Below are positions 15,759-22,640 of a stretch of 40,000 bases of DNA, one piece after another (the stretch's first letter is position 1; every line of letters begins with the position of its first letter). A program made the position numbers and the translations under genes. The notes under the pieces were generated by a model. That model did not search any database and was not told where the DNA came from. It saw only the letters and a program-made list of their open reading frames with translations. Source of the stretch: an uncultured Rhodanobacteraceae bacterium (lineage in GTDB: Bacteria > Pseudomonadota > Gammaproteobacteria > Xanthomonadales > Rhodanobacteraceae). The stretch covers positions 1 through 40,000 of the forward strand of contig CAYWZC010000003.1 in NCBI GenBank assembly GCA_964462745.1, written 5' to 3'.

Positions 15759-16045
15759 ACCTGACCGAAGCCACCATGCCGTATCGCCGCGGCCGCATCC
15801 TCGCGCTGCTCAACGAAAGCAACGACCAGGGCGTGTCCGCTCCGCTGCTGCGCACGCTGTTGCGCAGCTTCGGGTACAAGGCCGACGAGGATACGGTCGA
15901 GATCGACCTGGCCTGGCTGTCGCGCCACGGCCTGATCTCGCGCCGCACCGTTGCCGATGTCGAGATGATCCGCATCACGCCGCGCGGCCGCGACGTGCTG
16001 CTCGGGGATCTCGATTTCCCCGGCGTGCAGCTGATCGAGGATTGA
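15755..16045 (+). CDS. Hypothetical winged-helix-like protein (96 aa)
   Basis: ATG 15755 makes an ATGA overlap. Sequence MNLTEATMPYRRGRILALLNES... Confidence 0.4.
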   Translation: MNLTEATMPYRRGRILALLNESNDQGVSAPLLRTLLRSFGYKADEDTVEIDLAWLSRHGLISRRTVADVEMIRITPRGRDVLLGDLDFPGVQLIED

Positions 16046-16049
16046 GCCG

Positions 16050-16595
16050 ATGGCCGCGCGCTCGAGCATCGCCCGACTGCCGAAGGATCTGGCGGACCTG
16101 TGCCATCGCCTGATCCGCGAGGGGCGCACCATCCACGAGATCACGGACAAGCTCAATGAGCTCGATGCGGATGTGTCGAAGTCCGCGGTCGGCCGCTACG
16201 TGAAGAGCGCGCGCGAACAGATGGAGCGCTACCGCGAGGCGCAGGTGGTCGCCGGGCAATGGGTCGCGCAGCTCGGCGAGAACCCGAGTGGTGATGTCGG
16301 CGCGTTGCTCGCCGAGATGCTGAAGACCGTCGCGTTCCAGTCGCTCGCCAGCATGGGTGATGCGCAGGGTGAGGACGCCGCCGGTGCCAAGCCGCCGAAG
16401 CCGATGGACATCATGCTGCTGGCCAAGGCGATCCGTGATCTCGAAGCGACCAGCAAGGCGAACATCGAGCGGCGCGAGAAGATCGAGCGCGCCGCCATCG
16501 AGCGCGCGGCGAAGAAGGCGGGCGAAGTCGGCGAGCGCGTCGGCCTGTCGCAGGCGACGATCGACGAAATCCAGAAGGAGCTGCGGCTGTTGTGA
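16050..16595 (+). CDS. Mu gp27-like (DUF3486) small terminase subunit (181 aa)
   Basis: N-terminal HTH-like IARLPKDLADLCHRLIREGRTIHEITDKL and a C-terminal coiled coil. Directly upstream of the large terminase. Confidence 0.65.
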   Translation: MAARSSIARLPKDLADLCHRLIREGRTIHEITDKLNELDADVSKSAVGRYVKSAREQMERYREAQVVAGQWVAQLGENPSGDVGALLAEMLKTVAFQSLASMGDAQGEDAAGAKPPKPMDIMLLAKAIRDLEATSKANIERREKIERAAIERAAKKAGEVGERVGLSQATIDEIQKELRLL

Positions 16596-16810
16596 ACGAG
16601 CCGGCCGACACCGACCGCAGCAAGTTCGCGCTTGCGCTGCTCGCGCTCGGCGCGGCGACCGCGTTGCTGGTGCTGGGCCGAATCAGCGGCGACGCCTGGG
16701 TCACGGCGATGACCTGGATCGTCTCGGTGTACATGCTCGGCCAGCCGGCTGGCGTGCTCGCGAAGGGCTATGCCGCGCAGCTCGCGCGTGGACCCGGAGA
16801 CGGCAAGTGA
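16592..16810 (+). CDS. Small membrane protein (72 aa)
   Basis: Two hydrophobic helices and 4-nt overlaps on both sides. Confidence 0.4.
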   Translation: MNEPADTDRSKFALALLALGAATALLVLGRISGDAWVTAMTWIVSVYMLGQPAGVLAKGYAAQLARGPGDGK

Positions 16811-18246
16811 GCGCGCTCTCCACCTACTTCCTGCCGTACCAGATCGCGTGGCTGAAGGATCGGTCTCGCCTCAAGATCGTCGAGAAAAGCCGCCGCGTCG
16901 GCTTTACCTACGTGCAGAGCTACGAGGACATGCTCGATGCTGCGCGTGCGGAGGGCGCGGTGGACGTGTGGTTTTCCTCGGCCGACGAGAGCGCCGCGAA
17001 GGAATACATCCGCTACGTCGCGCAGTGGGCGCGGATCTTCAACGTGGCCGCGCGCGATCTCGGCGAGATCGTGGTCGATCGCAAGGACGACATCAAGGCG
17101 CTGACCGTCGAGTTCGCGAACGGCCGGCGCATCAACGCGCTGTCGAGCAACCCGAAGGCATTCCGCTCCAAGGGCGGCAAGCTGGTGCTCGACGAGTTCG
17201 CGTTCCACGCCGACCAGGAAGCGATGTGGAAGGCCGCGCGGCCGATCATCACCTGGGGATTCCCCGCGCGCATCCTGTCCACGTACAACGGCAAGGGCAA
17301 CCGCTACTACCGGATGGTCAGCGAGGCGAAGAAGGCCCTCGCCGAAGGCCGCGAGCCGCAGTGGAGCTTGCACACCGTCACGCTCGTCGATGCGGTGAAC
17401 GATGGCCTCGCCGACCGCATCCTCGGCCGCACGCTGACCAAGGCCGAACGCCAGGCATGGATCGACGCCGAGCACGAGAGCGTCGGCGACGAGGACACCT
17501 GGCAGCAGGAGTACATGTGCAACCCTGTCGACGAGGCGTCGGCGTGGTTGTCGTGGGAAGTGATCGTCGCGTGCGAGTCGGTCGACGCCGGCCGGATCGA
17601 GCACATCGAGAAGGTCGGCGACTGCTACATCGGCTGGGACGTGGCACGCACCCAGGACAAGTCGGTCATCTGGACCGTGCAGCGCGTGGGCGACGTGTTC
17701 TGGACACGCAACGTGCACGTGATGCGCCGCGCCTCCTTCGCCGAGCAGCTCGACGCGTTCGACACGCGCATGCGCCTGTACGGCGCGCGCCGCGCGTGCA
17801 TCGACAAGACCGGCCTCGGCATGCCCATCGTCGAGGAGGCGCAGGCGCGCTGGGGCGAGTACCGCGTCGAGGGCGTGACCTTCACCGGCGAGGTGAAGCA
17901 GCACATGGCCACGCACGGCAAGCAACTGTTCGAGGACAAGCGCGTGCGCATCCCGGTGTCGCGCGAGATCCGCGACAGCCACCACTCGGTGCGCAAGACC
18001 ACCACCGTCGCCGGCAATCCGCGCTTCGACGCGGACCGGAACGAGGCCGGCCACGCGGATGAGTTCTGGGCGCACATGCTCGCCCTGCACGCGGGCGAGG
18101 CGTCGCTGCAACCCGCGGCCGGCGAGACCGTCGAGGCCGATCCGGCCGACCAGCTGCCCGAAGCCATGCGCGGGCGCCGTCGCGCCCGGATGTTCGGCCT
18201 GCGCCACGACGCCGCAGGACGCGTTCTGACGGCCACGGAGGCGTGA
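16807..18246 (+). CDS. Large terminase subunit, Mu gp28-like (479 aa, GTG start)
   Basis: GTG 16807 makes a GTGA overlap. Walker A-like VEKSRRVGFT, Walker B LVLDEFAF, and C-terminal nuclease-type acidic motifs (GWDVARTQD, CIDKTGLG). The first 150 codons of the tracked ORF are Arg-rich junk. Confidence 0.85.
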   Translation: MSALSTYFLPYQIAWLKDRSRLKIVEKSRRVGFTYVQSYEDMLDAARAEGAVDVWFSSADESAAKEYIRYVAQWARIFNVAARDLGEIVVDRKDDIKALTVEFANGRRINALSSNPKAFRSKGGKLVLDEFAFHADQEAMWKAARPIITWGFPARILSTYNGKGNRYYRMVSEAKKALAEGREPQWSLHTVTLVDAVNDGLADRILGRTLTKAERQAWIDAEHESVGDEDTWQQEYMCNPVDEASAWLSWEVIVACESVDAGRIEHIEKVGDCYIGWDVARTQDKSVIWTVQRVGDVFWTRNVHVMRRASFAEQLDAFDTRMRLYGARRACIDKTGLGMPIVEEAQARWGEYRVEGVTFTGEVKQHMATHGKQLFEDKRVRIPVSREIRDSHHSVRKTTTVAGNPRFDADRNEAGHADEFWAHMLALHAGEASLQPAAGETVEADPADQLPEAMRGRRRARMFGLRHDAAGRVLTATEA

Positions 18247-18343
18247 TGGCCGCTACGACCCCAAAACCGGCCGGACCCATTTTCGCGAAAACGTACAGCG
18301 CGTTCTGGCGCGGGTTCCGCGCCGCATCCCGGAGGCAAACCCC

Positions 18344-19804
18344 GTGAACTGGCTCGATCGCATCCAATCCGCGCTTTTTGGCCCGCCTGCCGCGCCGCCG
18401 GCAACGGAGCAACGCCTGGTCGAGGCGACCGGCGCGACGGTCGATGCGGACGATGACGAGTGGCGCCGCCTGACCGGCGACGGCCAGCGCGATCTCGCGC
18501 CGATGACGCACGATCGCATGCAGCGGCTCGCGCATTTCTTGTGGGAATCGAACCTGCTCGCGAACCGGCTGATCGAGCTGCCGGTCGCCTACCTGCTCGC
18601 GCGCGGCTGCGCGTGGCAGATCGACGACGAGGACGCGCAGCGCGCGCTCGACCGGCACTGGAAAGATGGCCTGAACGCCTGGGCGCAGAAATTGCCCAAG
18701 CGCGTGCGCGAGCTCGGCCTGTTCGGCGAGGCGTGCTACCCGGTGTTTCGCGACGAGCAAACGGGTTTCGTCAGGATCGGCTACCTCGATCCGGCGCTGA
18801 TCGAAACCGTCGTCACGGACCCGGAGAACCGCGAGCAGCCGATCGGCATCGTGACCCGGCGCGACAAGCACGGCGTGGTGCGTCGCTACCGCGTGATCGT
18901 CAACGTGCCGGAGACCGCGTTTGCCGAAAAAACGCGCGCGATCCGCGAGACGTTCGACACCGGCGACTGCTTCTTCTTTCGCGTGAATGACCTCTGCAGC
19001 GCGACGCGCGGCCGCAGCGACCTGCTCGCCCAGATCGATTGGCTCGACGGCTACGACCAGTTCCTGTTCGGCGAGCTCGAACGCGCGGGCTCGATGCGCT
19101 CCTTCATCTGGGACGTGACGTTGACCGGCGCGACGCCGGAAGAGGTCGCGGCTCGCGCGAAGAAGATCAGCGTGCCGAAGTCGGGCAGCGTGCGCGTGCA
19201 CAACGAAGCGGAGACGTGGAAGGCCGACGCGCCGTCGCTCAACGCCTACGATGCCGCGGTGGGCGCGCGGTTGTTCCGCAACCACGTGCTCGGTGGCGCG
19301 ACGGTGCCCGAGCACTGGTACGGCGGCGCCGAGGACGTGAACCGCTCCACCGGCGAATCGATGTCCGAGCCGACCGAGAAGATGCTCGACATGCGCCAGC
19401 AGGTCGTCGGCTACCTGCTGACCTCGATCGGCGAGTACGTGGTGCGCAGCCACTGGCATGCGCTCGACGCGGAGCTGACCACGGAACAGGCGGAGATCCT
19501 CGGCAGCCTGCAGGTCGAGTTCCCCGAGATGACGACGAAGGACACGACGCGGTACGCGGCCGCGCTCGCGCAGATCGTTGCGAGCTGCGAGCGTGCGATC
19601 GCCGAGGGCTTGTTGACGCGCATCACGGCGGTACGCCTGATCGCCTCGTGCGCCGCACGGCTCGGCGTCGACATCGATGCGGAGACGGAGCTTGCGGATG
19701 CGGAAGCGGAAGTGGCCGAGCGCGGCGGCAAGGATCTGTTCGGCGAGGATCTCGTGGACGAGCCGCCGCCGGCGCCGCCCGTCGACGACGCCGACGCGGA
19801 GTAG
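18344..19804 (+). CDS. Portal protein (486 aa, GTG start)
   Basis: Size and position between the terminase and the Mu F-like gene. GGAGG lies 8 nt upstream. Acidic C-terminal tail. Confidence 0.7.
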   Translation: MNWLDRIQSALFGPPAAPPATEQRLVEATGATVDADDDEWRRLTGDGQRDLAPMTHDRMQRLAHFLWESNLLANRLIELPVAYLLARGCAWQIDDEDAQRALDRHWKDGLNAWAQKLPKRVRELGLFGEACYPVFRDEQTGFVRIGYLDPALIETVVTDPENREQPIGIVTRRDKHGVVRRYRVIVNVPETAFAEKTRAIRETFDTGDCFFFRVNDLCSATRGRSDLLAQIDWLDGYDQFLFGELERAGSMRSFIWDVTLTGATPEEVAARAKKISVPKSGSVRVHNEAETWKADAPSLNAYDAAVGARLFRNHVLGGATVPEHWYGGAEDVNRSTGESMSEPTEKMLDMRQQVVGYLLTSIGEYVVRSHWHALDAELTTEQAEILGSLQVEFPEMTTKDTTRYAAALAQIVASCERAIAEGLLTRITAVRLIASCAARLGVDIDAETELADAEAEVAERGGKDLFGEDLVDEPPPAPPVDDADAE

Positions 19805-19807
19805 CCC

Positions 19808-21169
19808 GTGGCGGGCCTCTCGCGCCTCCAGCGCGACACGATCCGGGAGATCCTGCGCCAGTTGCGCGCGGCGCGATCGCGCATCCTGGCCGCGATCGTC
19901 GATGCGCCGAACGATGCGGCGTGGGGACGCCTCGCTTGGCAGCGCGCCGAGATCACGCGCGCGATCCGCGCATTCCAGCAAGTCGCGACCGCGACGACAG
20001 TCGAGGCCGCGCGCAAGGCGTTCGAGGAGGGTATCGCCAGCATCGAGCGGCCGTTCGCGAACGCCGGCGTCGCGCTGCCGCCGCTTGCGCCGCGCATCGA
20101 CCATCGCGTGCTGCTCGCGATGGAGGATTTCCTGACGGATCGGATCTCCGACATCAGCACCGCCGCGGTCAACAAGATCAACACCGCGCTGGCCCAGCAC
20201 ATCCTCGGCGTCGATTCGATGGCCGACACGATCACGAACATCCAGCGCATCCTGGGCGGCGAGACGCGCCGGCGTGCGATGACGATCGCCTACACCGAGG
20301 TCGGCCGCGCGATGGCCAGCGCGCAATACCAAGCGATGCTCGCGCAGGCGCGCTACGTGCCCGGCCTCAAGAAGCGGTGGCGCCACAGCGCCAAGCTGCA
20401 CCCGCGGCCGAGCCACGTCGCCGCCGCGCACGACGAGCCTATCCCGGTGGCCGAGCCTTTCCGCATCGTCAGCGACAAGACCGGCGAGGTCGAGCTGCTG
20501 CGTTTCCCTCGTGACCCGCTGGCCTCGATCGGCAACACGATCAACTGCGGCTGCTCGATGATCCCGGTGCTGCCGTCGGTCGACGAGTTGTTCGACGGCC
20601 CGATCGGGCCGATCGTCCCGGCCGGTACCGTGGTGCGCGATGGCGTGCCGGTTGCGGCGGACGGCGGTGCGCCTCCGGCCGTGCCGCCGCCTGCGCCGCC
20701 TGCGCCGCCAGGCGGCGGCGGGGATGAGCCGATCACGCCATCGAGCATCATCGAGAAACTGGCCGGCCTGGTCGCCGCCGCTGGCGATGCGCAGGGCCGT
20801 TGGCTTTTGCGCAGCCTGTGGACGAATCTCGACAGCTACGGGCAGCACGTAAATCGTCGCATATTGCGCGGCGACGTGGCCGATGCCGCCGAGTTGGCGC
20901 GCCGCACGTTCGAGGCGCTGGCTGCCGCTCGATTCGCGGAAATAGCCCTCCCGACCGCCACGCGCTACGCCGTGTCCGAGTTCCGGGTAACGCCGGACGG
21001 GTGGCTAGTGCTGTTGAATTCCGATGGGCGTATCATCACATCGTACCCGTACGAGCCGGGGCATCGTTCGTTCGCCGACTTCAATCAAGGCTATGGACAT
21101 CGTATCCAACTCCACGAACTCACCGCTGCGGATCGCGAACGCCTTGCGCGGCTATTCGCTGGACGCTGA
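19808..21169 (+). CDS. Mu F-like (SPP1 gp7 family) head morphogenesis protein with a Pro/Gly linker and an extra C-terminal domain (453 aa)
   Basis: Mu F-type core ending in NTINCGCSMIP. Linker APPAVPPPAPPAPPGGGG at aa ~286-305, followed by a ~150-aa domain. Confidence 0.8.
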   Translation: MAGLSRLQRDTIREILRQLRAARSRILAAIVDAPNDAAWGRLAWQRAEITRAIRAFQQVATATTVEAARKAFEEGIASIERPFANAGVALPPLAPRIDHRVLLAMEDFLTDRISDISTAAVNKINTALAQHILGVDSMADTITNIQRILGGETRRRAMTIAYTEVGRAMASAQYQAMLAQARYVPGLKKRWRHSAKLHPRPSHVAAAHDEPIPVAEPFRIVSDKTGEVELLRFPRDPLASIGNTINCGCSMIPVLPSVDELFDGPIGPIVPAGTVVRDGVPVAADGGAPPAVPPPAPPAPPGGGGDEPITPSSIIEKLAGLVAAAGDAQGRWLLRSLWTNLDSYGQHVNRRILRGDVADAAELARRTFEALAAARFAEIALPTATRYAVSEFRVTPDGWLVLLNSDGRIITSYPYEPGHRSFADFNQGYGHRIQLHELTAADRERLARLFAGR

Positions 21170-21404
21170 GTGCTGGTCGCCGGAGTACGGCGAGACCTCG
21201 CGCATGTTGGACGATCGGCGGGCCCTGCATGCCGCGCGCGGCGTGTTGACCGATGGGCAACGCGCCGAGTTGGCGCGTGCCGACGAGCGCGCCGCGGCAC
21301 TATATGCCGCGCATCGCAATGCGCCTGATCCGTACCTGGACGTGCGCGCACTGGCCGATGTCGTCGCGATCATCGAATCCGAGCGCGACGCGGCCGCTGC
21401 GTAA
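21093..21404 (+). CDS. Hypothetical small protein (103 aa; alternative start 21204), overlaps the Mu F-like 3' end
   Basis: Internal ATG of tracked ORF 21024-21404. Mostly G/C-ending codons. Followed by a perfect 8-bp hairpin, GTGTGCGA-aatc-TCGCACAC, at 21412-21431. Confidence 0.4.
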   Translation: MDIVSNSTNSPLRIANALRGYSLDAECWSPEYGETSRMLDDRRALHAARGVLTDGQRAELARADERAAALYAAHRNAPDPYLDVRALADVVAIIESERDAAAA

Positions 21405-21759
21405 CGGCCCCGTGTGCGAAATCTCGCACACGCACTCGCGGCAATCCCCCATCGTGCAGCGGCCGCGCCGTTGCGATACTGTTTGCGTCGCCCCGCAGCC
21501 ATCCGCGCCCGACACCGGCCTGAATGTGTCCCAAGCTGCGCGGGGCGACGCTACCAGCTATCCTCCGTTCACCCCCACGGAAGCAAGATCATGCCGAAGC
21601 CACCGGGCCGCGACAGCGACGGCCACAAGGAGCTGCACGAAAGGCCGTTACGCGAGAGCACAAGAACACCCTGCACGTCGCGCGACGACGTGCCCCCGGC
21701 GACGCGGGTGCAGCGCGTGGATCCACCGCCGCGCGCGCCGCCCGATCGAGGAGGTTCCG

Positions 21760-22263
21760 ATGACCGAAACAACTCTTGAGCGCGACTGGCGCGAGCTGGG
21801 ATTCGATCTGCGGTTGTGCAGCCACTACCACTTGGAGCGAAAGCGCTTCTTCGACTGGTGGAACCACGTTTCCGCATTCCTCGCTGTCCTGCTGGGCTCG
21901 GCGACGGCGGTCGCACTGCTTGCGACCAACCCGAAGGTCGCAATGGTGGTCGCCATCGCGGTGACGGTGATCCAGGGATTCAACCTGGTCATCGGATTTT
22001 CGCGGCAGGCGTGGACGCACGGGGACCTCTACCGCCAGTTCATCGATCTGGAAATCGACTGGATGAAGGCCGAGCCATCGGTCAAGGCGCTGAGCGATCT
22101 CGGTGCCGCGCGTCGCGCGCTGGAAAAGACCGAGCCGACACCGATGCCGTATCTCATTCGGCGCTGCCACATCGACATCATGCGCCGCGACGGCAATCCC
22201 AAGTCAGAGTGGCCAAGGCTCGGCTTCTGGCAACGAGCATTCGCAAACTACTTGTCCGGTTGA
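21760..22263 (+). CDS. Two-TM membrane protein, SLATT/DUF4231-like architecture (167 aa)
   Basis: ATG 21760 preceded by GAGGAGG. N-terminal helix HYHLERKRFFDWWN, TM hairpin VSAFLAVLLGSATAVALL / VAMVVAIAVTVIQGFNLVIGF, and a C-terminal helical region. Followed by a terminator. Confidence 0.5.
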   Translation: MTETTLERDWRELGFDLRLCSHYHLERKRFFDWWNHVSAFLAVLLGSATAVALLATNPKVAMVVAIAVTVIQGFNLVIGFSRQAWTHGDLYRQFIDLEIDWMKAEPSVKALSDLGAARRALEKTEPTPMPYLIRRCHIDIMRRDGNPKSEWPRLGFWQRAFANYLSG

Positions 22264-22269
22264 ACCCGA

Positions 22270-22291
22270 CCCCGCCGCCCGGCGGGGTTTT
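22270..22291 (+). terminator. Rho-independent terminator
   Basis: CCCCGCC (22270-22276), loop GCCC, GGCGGGG (22281-22287), then TTTT. Begins 7 nt after the stop of ORF 21760-22263. Confidence 0.65.
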
Positions 22292-22312
22292 CAGTAGCAC
22301 GCGCTAAAAGAC
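22291..22312 (+). repeat. 22-bp motif TCAGTAGCACGCGCTAAAAGAC (copy 2)
   Basis: 21/22 identical to 12574-12595. Lies between the terminator and the head-maturation genes. Confidence 0.7.
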
Positions 22313-22373
22313 TCCGCGCCCTGGCATTCGTACCTTCGGCTCCGATCGCACTTTCCCGCGACGGAGACCGCAA

Positions 22374-22640
22374 GTGTCCTCACAGAAGAATGCCGCAAGC
22401 AAGTCGGCCGAGCCGCCGGCCAATCCGCCCGCCAATCCGCCCGCGCCGCCGCCGGCCGATGACGAGTCGACGCCCGCCAAGCGCGGGCCGTCCAAGGCCG
22501 AGCAGCTCGGCCTCTCCCCGCTGAAGCCCGACGGCTACAAGCCGGTCGGCAAGGTGCGCGTGCTCGCCGAGGCCAAGCGCGACGGCGTGACCGTGCGCGT
22601 CGTGTCCGACGACCGCCGCGTGTGGAAGGAAGTCGCGTGA
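22374..22640 (+). CDS. Hypothetical Pro-rich small protein (88 aa, GTG start)
   Basis: Tracked ORF with a PPANPPANPPAPPPA repeat. GTGA overlap with the downstream gene. Confidence 0.4.
   Translation: MSSQKNAASKSAEPPANPPANPPAPPPADDESTPAKRGPSKAEQLGLSPLKPDGYKPVGKVRVLAEAKRDGVTVRVVSDDRRVWKEVA

Noticed and set aside
16768-20848. Minus-strand ORFs 16768-18207 (479 aa) and 17882-20848 (988 aa), opposite the terminase, portal and Mu F-like genes.
   Set aside because: They are degenerate R/A/D/G-rich sequences antisense to genes with strong motif support, so they are shadow ORFs.
21591-21779. A 62-aa ORF (MPKPPGRDSDGHKELHERPL...) upstream of and overlapping the SLATT-like gene.
   Set aside because: Not listed as a feature because the SD is weak, the composition is low-complexity basic/Pro-rich, and it has no motif. 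It is mentioned only as a possibility in the relevant finding.
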